A stretch of 64,000 bases of DNA from Antedon mediterranea (lineage: Eukaryota; Animalia; Echinodermata). The position numbers and the translations under genes are program-made. This document shows positions 25,701 to 38,800 of the stretch, in pieces (position 1 is the first letter of the stretch; each line of letters opens with the position of its first letter). The stretch lies in the NCBI RefSeq assembly GCF_964355755.1, contig NC_092676.1:21470871-21534870 (forward strand). Direction: 5' to 3'. Below the pieces are notes generated by a model. The model was given only the letters and a program-made list of their open reading frames with translations. It had not been told where the DNA came from and did no database searches.

Positions 25701-28259
25701 ATGAATGTCATGCTAATCGCTTCGCATTATTACACCGTTCACTTACTCTTCCCTGTTTAATCTAACCTTACATACAGGCACCACATGTGATACAAATTAC
25801 ATGCTGTATCACCAAATATTCTTACTGTATTACTGGGCAAATCTTCTGTACTTTATGTGGATATACAGCACCGAGAACGAGTAAAAACATACGTCCGCAC
25901 GTCAAGATTGTTTATCAGATGACGTCATCAAATAATTGCTGCCCATAACATTTTCTTGTTTTCTGCAACGTGATTTCATTTACGTCACGTACATTCAATA
26001 TCAACAGTTTACATACCATAAATGGTACTGATGGTACATTTTTTATTCAACAGGTGTAAATACATACCTTTGTGTTTAACCTTTAACCTAAGCACAATAG
26101 ACACTACGCAGGTGTTACAACTATCATTTAGCGGAAGTACAGATTACCCCACCGAGATTTCCGCACATACCTGTGATGATTAAACCATGAACCTGAACCT
26201 ATACATTAGATCGATAGGTCCATTATTAAACAAACACAAATTAATATCTTTAATATTTACTTTGTTTGATTTCATTAAACATTACATTAACATTATTTTT
26301 ACTAGTATTTTTTTTATAGAAAATAATTATATCTTCTGGTGTCCGTTTGTACTACTAATCTCTATAAGGAAAAGTAGCCGTAATGTAATTATATTTCAGT
26401 TTTGTAATCTGGTTACTGTGTAGTTAGTACTAATGCAGGCCTGTAGAATTATGGACAGTGCAGGCCTAATTAATCCATTTTATTGACTGGAGCACCTAGA
26501 TCAACATTTTGAATTTAACAAACTTTACAACAAGTGAGATTTACAATAATAACATTTTTGAGTAAGTTGTGTGTATTAACTGTAGGCCAAACAATTTCGA
26601 TAATAATTATAACATGGCCTAAACATTGCTGTAAGTGGCTAAGGTCAATGTTTGCTACTTTACAATTAACAACACCCGACACATTTATAATAAATAACAT
26701 TTACTCTGCCGATTTCTCATGACAATTGCAATTTCACGTTTCAGAGACAACTTCGGAAATCCGAATGTTCGTTAAAAATTCCACAGGGAGGGTTTAATTA
26801 CCAGGTAGGTATGACCACGCGTTCCACTGGGATGTTTGTTATTGCTATTAATACCATACGGTTTGTTGTTATACCATCATTAATGTACTGTGGACATTAA
26901 TTACTAAGTATAGATCACAACTGCAATATCCATTAGGAATAATCATATAAAAAGGCATAAATCCTATCATGAAAAATGGTTTAAATGTCAATAAAATTGA
27001 TGTATATGTTTTATGGATATTATATTATTTTACTTATAGAACGCACCGTGTATGAACGGGTGCCACCGTTGTAAAGGTGTAGTTTCAATACATTATTATT
27101 ACTTAATAGTATAATAACTCCTGAAAGTTTTCTGTAAACAAAATTAGCCTGTAGTGATTTTCAGGGTAAAGCTTTTCCATTTCTGTTAATAACCACGTTA
27201 TAATATAGTCTATGTCTTCTGTTGTGTATCGATTTTAATGATACCGTTTTGAGTAAATATTTCCGAGCAAACGTTGATTTTGCATATAATTTTTAACCGG
27301 GCTACACACACGTGTCAGAACAACGATTCCACTTTTGATTAAACAAAGACTAGGCAGCAGACGGCGTGTTAATTATTTACCTAACCTAGCGGTAACATTT
27401 TATTTCTATTTTCCATTTTGTTCCATCAATCAAAAATTTTAATAACGTGGTATATTGTAATAGTTGAGGAATGTACTGAGAGCATCACAATTACTGGAAT
27501 TCGGTCACAAGGCCAAAAGAAAAAACGGAAGTGCATTTCTTTTATCACAATTGTCAAAATCAATTTAAATCACAGAAATTAGACTTTTATTTTATATTTA
27601 CTTTTCCATTGGCGCCACCTTAACATGTTAATAAAATCCTATTCCACATAAAAGTTTATTTTGGTTTTTTTATAAGCTGAATTTTACATCAAAAATAGTT
27701 TGAAAGGATTAGTTTCCTCCAATATATAGTCAAAACGCTGTATAGAATATATTATAAACTATAACGTCCCCACCCACCCTCTCCGCCAAACCCACTCACC
27801 TCCCCCCCCCCCCCTTCTAATAACGATAGCAACAGATGACCTTTTTTTAGATCGGTATTGTATAAATAAAAAGATATAAACACCTGAAAATAGTAAAACA
27901 ACAAGATTGTTGACATGACAAAATAGTTACATTAGGACTATTCTAACTCACATTTATTCTTGATAGAAAATATATTAGTAAACAGAATTAATAATTTTGT
28001 AGTGAAAATTAAACCTGCCGAGCTTACACTTAGGAGCAAAAACAAACACAAAATAAGGGTGTACGAAAATGTTTATCTATTTAATCTGTATTAAATATCA
28101 TTTAACGTTATTAAAACAAAATAAAGTGAATTTGATTTTGGTTGAAACCATAAAATTATTAATAAACTTGAGAAACCCATCTGACAGTTAATTTGACTTG
28201 TTGTCAACAGGTGAACACATTGTTCATTATACCATACACAATGTAATAATATAGAATAT

Positions 28260-29341
28260 GACCCCATTTACACTTCATCGACGATTTCTTAGCCGGCCCG
28301 AAGTCGGCCCGACGCCGGCTTTCTTTTTAGCCCGCAATGTGTTTACACTTACCCAAAAAGCCGGCCTCGGGCCCTTACTATTGCGTTTACACTTGCTCTC
28401 GCGGAAGAGTGCTCGATGATACGATTTCGCTACATTCACGTCATATCCGCTCATGTGCGTCTTAAAAAGTTAATATTATAAGCGTTGTCGATCTACACTA
28501 GGCCTAGGCCTATCAACTTTATCAAAAAAGAATCAAATAACGGTATTTAATATGGATCAAAACAATTGCATTATTGCTTTACTACTAATGTTTGCGTCTC
28601 GTTTTCTAAAGAATAGTAGTAGATCATACGCCTTTTTCACGAAACGGAAGACATCTTCGATCGATGATTCTTTACTCCATGATCGATGACAACACAAACA
28701 ATGCCGTTCAACGAAGCGTAACCAACAGATATAACATAGCGTTTTCAGCCTATTTTCGGAGGACAAGTTACTTAAAAATTCGTAACTTCTCAACGGACAG
28801 TCGTATGGACAAAATTTTTTACTGTAAAATGTTCTTTAAAGATTAGCCTATAGAACTGTGTGATTAAAAAAAATTATAATTTTTTTTTTCACTTCTTAAG
28901 TCCATCGAAAAAAACACCACAGTTTATAAGCATAGGCGCCGCATGGTGTCCTGAAATCCCCTGAAAACGCTATGTTATTTCTGTTGGTTACGCTTCGTTG
29001 CACACGGCATTGTTTGTCATAGATCGTGAAAAAGGCGTATACATCTTCACCAATTTAATTTCAATGAAGAATTTCCGATTCATCAGCAATAAGTTTCGTA
29101 AACTTAAAGCTATAGTTGACACAGAACGTTCATTTTATGACCGCGAGTGTTTACACTATACGAAGTGCCGGCCCGAAGCCCGCAATTGCCGGCCCGAAGC
29201 CTACTCTAGACTAGGCTCAAAATTGAGCCGGCTCGAGGCCGGCTCGGTTGTTCCCAGAGTGTTTACACTTGTGCACTTTTGGCTCGGAGCCGGCCTCGAG
29301 CCGGCCTCGGGCTCGCTAAAAGCTGAAGTGTAAATGGGGTC
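28260..29341. mobile_element. Non-autonomous DNA transposon (PIF/Harbinger-like), 1082 bp
   Basis: Perfect 18-bp TIRs GACCCCATTTACACTTCA / TGAAGTGTAAATGGGGTC, 3-bp TSD TAT, and subterminal GCCGGC and GTTTACACT repeats. Confidence 0.85.
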
Positions 29342-32155
29342 TATGTCAACTAACCTTGAGATTGCGATAGATATTAAACAAATTGACATCAAGTTCTTTT
29401 CCAACATGTTGCTGCAGATTCTGTCTTAAATTATTCGTAGACAATAGAAGAAAATGATATGGCGGTATAGTTCTTACAGAATCCGTGTATATCGTCTGCT
29501 AATTTTGTCTGATTTAACTGTAGAAACAAAGTTGCCGATTCGTTTATAAACTTTCCGTTCCGCTTCTTGACCAATCATGAAGCGCCTATGTCATTGCTCT
29601 TTAAAACTTTCTTTCTATCTGCCACAAATATGCAAGAACAACAATCTTTTGTAACAGATACGTCGAACATGCATTGTGCGCGGTCAGATGTATTTCAACC
29701 AATCACGTCAGTCCTCATTAAATATAATATCGAAAACATAGGAAGCCGATATTTTAAAATGGTTGATTGACATTGTTAAGGGGGGGGGGGGAGGGGGGGG
29801 GGCTGTTTGAAAATTACATGTGTTTCAGTTTATATCGCCTTAAGTTTACTCGTTTTTCATTTATTTCTCAAATAACTAACATTACATAGCTATCGATGAC
29901 AAACCTACAGTCGGATACTTTCGTTCATTATTATTATTTAATTTCACAATTCGCAACCAATATTTTATATTAAATCATTAAATTATATAAACAACTATAG
30001 TCTGTTTATTTGAATTGTGTTATCTACTACACAATCATTATTTAGGTAATATCATAAAATGAAATGAGCGTAATAAGTCCTTTATCCACTGCGCCCACTC
30101 TGTCACCTTTAAACAATTCGAAAGAAAAACATTTTTTAACGTAATGTAATGTAGGAATGTTATTTGAATATTCAATATAAATTATTGGGGTACCAGTATA
30201 CCACTTCAAGTCTCGAAAGCTTCTTGAGGGGAACTATAGGGCAGTATAAACAGGCACTCCGCTTACGTCGTGGAAATAGAAAAATAAATATTTTTTTTGT
30301 ACACCCACGTAGAAGATGACAAATGACAACTTCAGGAAATTTAAGATATTTCAATTGAAAACGAACCTGTTTAATGTTATACATTATAATCAGTAATTAA
30401 TTCAACCTTTGTCATTTTTGTCATTACAGAAGGATGTAGGCCTATTGTAAGTGCCGCAAATCTATATATAAAAACTGTCTGAATCTTAGCCTAGCCCTGT
30501 AAAGAAAAAGTATTTTCCACGAGTTTGGCATTCATTATTCTATTCTGTTGATCGCGAGTTCATATTATTGTTGCAGTTTTCTATTTAATTATATTAGTAG
30601 GCCTAAACATTATAATAAATATATATATATATATATATTGTTTTTATAACGCCAAAATAATTAGGCACCAGACCAATTGTTTTTCAATAATATCCTAACT
30701 ACCTAAAATCAATCTCGTCTGTATCGCAAGAAAATCAAGGAAACTATTTCCTTTCCGGCATTTCTATTGGCTAATTCGAAGCACTAATTATATAGATAAT
30801 CAGACGATAATAAGGCCAGACGAAAACTAAAATGGATGTTTTCCCGCCACCATAATAGTGGACTTCCGTGATAAATTATTTTAAGGCTGTTTAATTTAAC
30901 TGTTTGAAAATAATGTCGCAAATTATCTTTTAAGAGAAGACCTGTATGTTGTTGTCTGAACATTGTTTGTATGTATGCAATGTTTTTACAACATATTTAT
31001 GAATATTAATTTTAAAGGTATTGTTCACGTGGACTTTATACAAAATCCTGATCTCTTCATTAATGAAATTACCAACCGTGACGTGTAAGATGGCCGAAAA
31101 TTGCCGAGTCCGTGTTCGTAGGCGTTCGGATAAAGCAAATTGGCCAACATTTGTATTACATTTTTTTTTCAATTTTTTATTTTTTTTTGGAAATCACAGT
31201 GTAATTAAAAGGTGGTCCAAAGAGCGAACGATATGAATGTCGGCTACTACACAACATAAATTGTTTTTATTATTTAATATCAAATAATTATATTAATTGA
31301 TACGTATTGTCCTATTTTTTTAATAGAAAGAGACAAATCAACATTGGAGGAAGCCAATGATGTCATTTGTATAAATAGCCCACGGCACGATGTACTGAAT
31401 TAGTTATGACATCATGGATTATATTTATATATTGTAGGATGTAACAAGTATGCTAAGTACGTCGATATGATATCGTTTGAAACTGTTATGATCGACGATT
31501 CTTCCAGTAAGGAATGTTATTTACATGGTTATATAATTTATTTATGGTGATATTAACATGAAAGTATGTAATTTTGGGGTGATTTATTCTAAACTACCTG
31601 TTAAAGTATTCCTACACTTCAAACATTATGTTAATTAGTTAAAAACACGTGTTAAACGTACTATTATGCCTATTAGGGTAAAGTTCATATATGTATAATC
31701 AAAGTATACCGAGTTCTCCTAATCAAGTTTGAATATACTTTAAGATACTGAACTGCCATACACAAATGGAAAAGAAATACGTGCATCTTAAAGTCGTATT
31801 GAAGAACCTTAAGTCACATCAATAAATTGAACTGCAAGTCATTGTGTTACTCATGATGAAATAGTACTCATTGAAGGAACCATTAAATAAGTAGACCTAT
31901 GTTTGGCAAGATATAGAATTTGAATTGATCATTTTGTACAAATATAATTTTACTCAGCCGGAAAACGCATTCAATACATGCAATTTCTCGTCATCAACAG
32001 TTTCCAGGGAAATAAATCGGAACTAAAATAGATAACGCTTACCGTTGTCGACTTTTCGTTCAATACGTTGTTAAGTTCGTCTGCCACAGGCATATTTTTA
32101 AGCCAAACATACCTTACCGTACTTTGTTTGGTATAGGCCTACAGATTAGTAAACA

Positions 32156-32775
32156 AAACAAGGCCAACAGCCAAAAGTCGCGTGCTCTCAGAAAAAAATG
32201 AACTTTCAAAAAGTAATGTACTTTAAAACTTTTCTGTAGGCCTACATCAAAAAAGTTTAAAAAGTACAGAAAAATGCAAAGTGATACCCGACAGACCGAC
32301 CGACCGACCGACATAGTTAAAACTTGTCTGTACATCAAAACAGTTCAAAAAGTACAGCAAAGCGATAAAACGCATAGTGATACCGGACCGACAGACAGAC
32401 CGACAGACCGACCGACATAGTGAACTATAGAGTCGCGTCCACGCGACTAAAACCTTTCTGTACATCAAAACAGTTTAAAAAGTACAGAAAAACGCAAAAT
32501 GATACCCGACAGACCGACCGACATAGTTAAAACTTGTCTGTACATCAAAACAGTTCAAAAAGTACAGAAAAGCGATAAAACGCATTATGATACCGGACCG
32601 ACAGACAGACCGACAGACCGACATAGTGAACTATAGAGTCGCGTCTACGCGACGTACATCAAAACAGTTAAAAAAAGTACAGAAAAGCGATAAAACGCAT
32701 AGTGATACCGGACCGACAGACAGACCGACCGACCGACATAGTGAACTATTAGAGTCGCGTCCACGCGACTAAAAA
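32156..32775 (-). mobile_element. Helentron/DINE-1-like non-autonomous element with internal tandem duplications
   Basis: On -: TTTTAGTCGCGTGGACGCGACTCT hairpin, (GTCG/GTCT)n microsatellite, 3' GAGCACGCGACT..TGGCTGTTGGCCTTGTT end; head region repeated three times. Short relative at 58029-58127. Confidence 0.7.
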
Positions 32776-33656
32776 CAGAAACACGAATATCCAAACAAAA
32801 ATAAAATCCAACAATAGATATTAAAACTTCATTCGTTGTTGGATGTGATCATACACTATCAATCACCATAACAGTATAAACTTTTTACTTTTATAATAAT
32901 GAAGGCGATATTTAAATTTAAATACAAATCTAAAGATATAATGTTTGATTTTAGGCTATAGGCCTACTTTTTTCTTTAAGAAAAGTGCCTAAAATAGAGA
33001 ATCGATTTTGATGAATATCCTATTCTATACGATTTCTTAGTTTGTTTGGATATCGACTGCCATTTTGAATGTTATTGTTTTGAAAAACACCAAGCAAATT
33101 ATATAGGCGGCGCTATAGGATTCTTCGCCGCGTGGAGAGAGAGGCCGTGCTTCTTTTTCCACCAATTGTCCTGAGATGTTTTCTGTAGAAAAACCATATA
33201 CGAAATAATAACGAACGACAGGTTATACGTAATTAATCAATCAAATTGCAAGGATACACCCGTGTGTGTTATAAAGTAGGTAGTACTTCTTTTCGAACTA
33301 CGACACAGACAGCATTATGAAGTATGAAGAACGGGATAAAGCATAATATTTAGATTGAGGGCGGTCTGTTGATTTGTATTATGACATGCAATAGCTGCAC
33401 ACAGGAATCCAGAGACAGGGTTGCAATTGCTTATACAAATCAATTTCAACAGAAAACAATAAACAACCTCTAGAAAAACCCTAAAATACGTTACTGTTAT
33501 TATTCACCAGATTGGTGTTATTGTAAAATGTATAATTAAACAATATAATTTCCACAAAAAAAATCTTGAAAAACTTACTCTTGTCTGGTCGGCTTATCAA
33601 GTATGTTGATTTTCCCGCCAATTGATGCAATGCATCTCATTATCCTTGAGTCTATA

Positions 33657-34070
33657 CTTAAAGATGTGCTGTCCCCCAAAAACATTAAGATTAATGTATT
33701 CAGAATTTGAATAGGCCATTTTGTAGTTTTAACAAAAATTACTTTCGTGAAAAAATAACTTATAAAATGACAAAATAAAGACGCTTGAATTCAACCAAAA
33801 ACTGATCTCTGATCAAGGTGGGCACTGGACGAGAGAAGCTCACCAACCAAGGTGTTTTAAACAGTTCTGGCTTTGTTTGTATCAAGCCTGTTCGTGGCGG
33901 TAATTATCGCTGTTGGTTTCGATTGAATAAAATAAAAGAAAAGAAAAAGAAAAAAAGAAAAAATATATATATATTTTGCATAAAATTTCATTTTTTCGGC
34001 TACATACAATTTTTTTTCGATCCGACTTTTGGTCAAAGTGAATAACAATTATGTGACAATAAAATGGCAT
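33657..34070. repeat. Interspersed repeat (TTAAAG-ended, Kolobok-like?), second copy ~35320-35570
   Basis: AAGATGT.(C/T)TGTCCCCCAAAAACAT and TTCGATC....TTTTGGTCAAAGT.AATAAC.ATTA are shared between the two copies. Confidence 0.5.
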
Positions 34071-35870
34071 AATTTAACAAAAAATATTAAAGAAACAATT
34101 TTATAGGGGTAAAATATATCTTTAAACATTAATGTAGGCCTATATATATGTTTTTCGTGTATTTTCTTCATCAATGTATTGTGTTTAAATTGATAAATGA
34201 TTGAAGTAACTATTTTTAAATCCTTCATAGGTAGGCCTAAATCAGCTTATATAATGAATGGATCAAATCAAATATACATTTACATTACAGGATAAATAAT
34301 TTTTGATCCCATGGTTGGTCCAAAGTAACTATTACGTGACATTGAAACGTGTACGTGGCATCATCAAAAAAATACAATGGCAATCCAATAATTTTTTTTA
34401 TTTTTAAAAATGTATTTATTCTTTATTGCCATTAATTAAATACCGGGAATTTTCAAGGTTTTTTTTTATAGTTGTTAAAGAAAAAACATTTTCGGACAGC
34501 ATTATAAAAAACTGTCGAAATACTGACAACCGTGAATTAATAAATATTGGCTAAGTTTCGTCAAGCCTAGGCCCACTGCCAAGTTCCTGACACTACTCCA
34601 TGACCCTCTATTCGCCGCAGTGTGTAAGATCTGATTCTGTAGGATACATGGGCCTAAGAGACACTTTAATTCAATTGACATTTGGCTATGCGAACAAAGC
34701 TATATTAATCATCTTCTATCCAGGGCACAGGGGTTGAATCAAATAGAACATTTATTTCTCCGATCATTCTTTTCTTGGGAATACGTTCAAATATCTTACA
34801 ATAGTTAAATATCCGCCCATACTATTAAAAAAACTTTCTTTTATGAAATGTAGTGGTGTTTTAAATTCAAATGATTTTAATAATGCATACTCTACTGTAG
34901 GCCTTAACAACAGAGTGAATTATTAGTGTGTTGGTTTGTCGGTCGGTCGATTGACAGGATCGATCAGCTATTGAAAAATTATACGATAAGATTTTTATTT
35001 TATTTTTTGAAAAAAAAAACATTCAAAAAGTAAACGAAACATGTACATTATAAGAAAAAAATGTCCACTCATTTTGTTTTATGTAATACATAATATATTG
35101 TTGACAATATTAATTAATAAAAGATTATAATAATTAAGATTAATTAATGGGGCCTCTAGGCCTATAAATAACTCATTGACTATAACGGTGAATGTCTGTT
35201 TAAGCTACTATAGGACGATAACGAACGACGATAAAATAGATAAATATACAATTTTCCTTCAGAAAACAAAATTTTAAGAAGGTTTTAATTCTAGAAACTG
35301 GTCCTACATGAACTCACTTCAAGATGTATTGTCCCCCAAAAACATGAAAAGTGAAGATAAATAAAATCAGAAGTTATTTTGCTGTTATTACATTTAATAA
35401 CTTCAGTAGAAAAAAAAAACAAATATTATTTTCACGTATGAAAAGACAAAACAAAAGAGAAAATTTAACCAAAAACCAAAACTATTTTCAGATTTAATTT
35501 ACAGTTTTTTAAAGTAAATTATGTTTTATTCGATCTAATTTTTGGTCAAAGTTAATAACTATTACGTTAAAATTCAAATCAAGGTTATCTTTTACGAAGA
35601 TTCGAGCGAAGGGGATCAACGTAAGCGTACCTTCAGTTAGGCATTATAATTTACATTATATGCAGGTGATGCCATACCTCAAGAACCACTTGTTTTAATA
35701 AATTAGTGAACACATCTAATATAGGTACAATGTTTAATATATACTGTACAGGTTTATCAATAATACATTTACACAGTTTTTGTAGTTATTGTAAATATGT
35801 CAAAAAAATCGCAGGAGTTTGCCAGATAGAGTGTATTAATTGAAGTTCCATATCATAACACTGTTTTATT

Positions 35871-38800
35871 TTATTTCTTTACAACGACAGTCCCCATGTA
35901 CCATGATTCCTCATTCGCAGAACTATCAGAAGAGTCGCCAGATGCATCTACGAGTTCCCCCGTCGAAGAAGAGAACTTCGAAGTGTACGATGAACCATCA
36001 CTCCAGAGGGAGTCATCGGATGACAGTACGTCTATTGTTCCGCCTTCACTCCACAGAACCCGATCGCTAGAAGAAGACCCGTCGGATGGCTGTAAGCTGC
36101 CTGAACCGGTGTCTTCGTTCATAAACGAATCATCGTTTCCACTTACAGAGATATATTCTTTATCCGATACTGTTGACGAAGATGACATTTCCGTACCGTC
36201 TGACGAAATCCATTCAGAGATGAGCTTATCTTCTCCTCCGTCATTATTAGACGAAAAGTAAACAATATCCGGTTTGGTTGATTTTGATTTCTTTGGTTGC
36301 GTTTGAGGAATATCTGAAAAAAAATGAAAATATTGTGATATTGTTAGATTTAATGGTTAAACAAACCGGCAATGATGTTATTATGTGATAATATTGAGGA
36401 AAAGACGAAGACGAACATCAAATTGACTTTATCGGGATTGATGCAAAAATAACGTGGACAGTTTTGAGTCAACCCTGATATGATAGAAGAATGAATGTAG
36501 TAGACACACTAGAATCTATCGCACTGCTTCCTGATTAGTCAGGTAATCGTGCGCATATACATTATGTTTAAAGAGAAAATGTAGAGTAATTTCCAACGTA
36601 ATTATAGTGTACTTTGGCCTACTTTTGTTAATTATACACAGCAACCGTGATTGAAGTTGCTTTATAGATCTTACAAATAGTTTATAATCTTTCTTGTGTA
36701 GTTGCTTCCTTTTTCCTATCTGTTCTCCTGAGATATGGCCAATTTAATTTAATTCAACTCATCTAATTTTATTATTATAATTTTGTTGTGCTTTATTTTA
36801 TTTTGTTTATTTTTATAAATTATTATAACATTTTTAGTGTTACATGTTTATATCATCTCGTCATGTTGTATTTTGTGAGGGTCCCTAATGATCAGCTTCG
36901 GCTGGATGGACCACCCTTGTAAATTTTGTTTGAACAAATATTAATAATAATCTTATCTATTTAGTTTTTTTTTTTCAAATTGTCAAGCGAATTGCAGGTT
37001 GATCTAATCTCTATTGTATGTCTAGACAACTGCAGTGATAGACGAACGGTTTCCGAGACCAATATTAGTAACGCATGCCACTAGGCTATAATAATCTCAT
37101 TGATCATTAGATAAAACTGGTTTTAAACTAATTTGATATCTTTAGTATCGAAAGTACCGTCATACAACGAGGGCGTGTGGTGCAATGCTTTGGACGTTGG
37201 ATTACTGATAGTGAAATCGTTCGAATCCAACTCTCGCCGCATTGCTTGTATAGAATTCTTAGGCAAGATACTTTACTTCCGTTGTCTCTCTTCATCCAGG
37301 TATATAAATTCGTACCCAAGACACATACTTTGCACTGATTATCTGCATTATGGGAGTATGTTTTCATACATGTTTGACCGGGGTAATAATGTATGCTTTT
37401 GTAAGCATTGTGCAATAAGCGCTATAATAAAGAGCGAATATTATGAATATTATATATTATATTATACCTGATGGTTTCATGCATCTTCCTGCATTTGAGA
37501 AGTGTTCTGCGACAATTCGGACATCAAACTTCTTCTTTTGATTTTTTACCGGACCCGTGTAACATTCGAGACCGTCAGAACAGAATCCAAACATTCCACA
37601 GACTCCTCCACACTCCTCATTTTCTGTCTAAACCAATTTAAAGAAAACGTAAATAAATATTTCAATTATTAGTTACGTCATCATCATACCATGAAATGCT
37701 TATACATTTGGTAACCTAAACTAATACTAATAGAAGAATATGTATAATATGCATACCTTTCCACATATTTTACATCTACCACATGTGTCCAATACAGGTG
37801 TTGATCCAGGTGGGCACTTCAGATCAACACACCTTAGCATATCTTTCTCTTCGCATAAACTACATCGAAATTTATTACTTCGTGGAAGAATAAACGCAGA
37901 TACACTGAAATTAAATCAAATAAATAATTTAAATTGCATATTATTTGTAACAAAATGATGTATTACTTCCACTTTTCTGTCCTAATTACATTAGAAGGTA
38001 TCCTATCGCTCAAAATAATTACTATTCATTTTGCTAAATCGCAATATCATATTTATTTTATAGGATAAATAATAATTGTTTTTATATTTTGAAGCTTTAG
38101 GCCAAATTGTTTGAGATGACTAATGCATGTCTAGGAGTTGTGGTCTACAAACTACAATTTATTGTCTGGTATTGGTAGACTTTCGATTTCTTTCTAACTC
38201 TTAATCCACAACAACTATGATTTAGATATTCACAACAAATCATATTCGCCAAGCTTGGGGAGGGGTGGTTGTGGGATTACTCCTCCCAACTCGGTCTAAC
38301 TCTTCTGAGAGCACAATCCATTCATTCGTTCATCTTTTCTGCCCGTTTTGGAATGCTCTGACGACACGTGCTAAAATTAAATAAGCGACCTCAATAGATC
38401 GTTATTGTCTTAAGCAAAAATCATTTTGGTTAACATTTAATCTATTTCGTGTTTAAGATAATCACATTTATGTTTTCAAGCTCTCATTTGGTTGCTTCGA
38501 AGTGCTGGTGAAACAGAGCGGTGAAAATGGTTCCTCTGCAGCATCAAGTATAATAGGCTATTTCATGAACTTTTTCTTTGTGTGTGCGTGTGTAGGCCTA
38601 CTAAAAATAAATCGTAGGCGCTAATACAACCATTATTGTCATTATTCTTCATACACTGTGAACAGATCTGAACATGTTATCGCCCAATTAAACAATCCAC
38701 TAAATATAATTAATTAGCTCCTATTTAGTCATATAACGACAGATATGCATGCCATGGTGTCAAATTACACACGTTTACAAACAAATTAACAGTTTGCGAT

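Noticed and set aside
28557-29407. ORFs inside the 1.08-kb transposon as a possible transposase
   Set aside because: Short, with no DDE or Myb/SANT motif recognisable.
33579-33640. Another phase-2 candidate leader (MRCIASIGGKINILDKPTRQ)
   Set aside because: Not signal-peptide-like; no other support.
35896-36261. 121-aa acidic plus-strand ORF
   Set aside because: Antisense shadow of the minus-strand terminal exon of IB unit B, which has a proper acceptor and phase.
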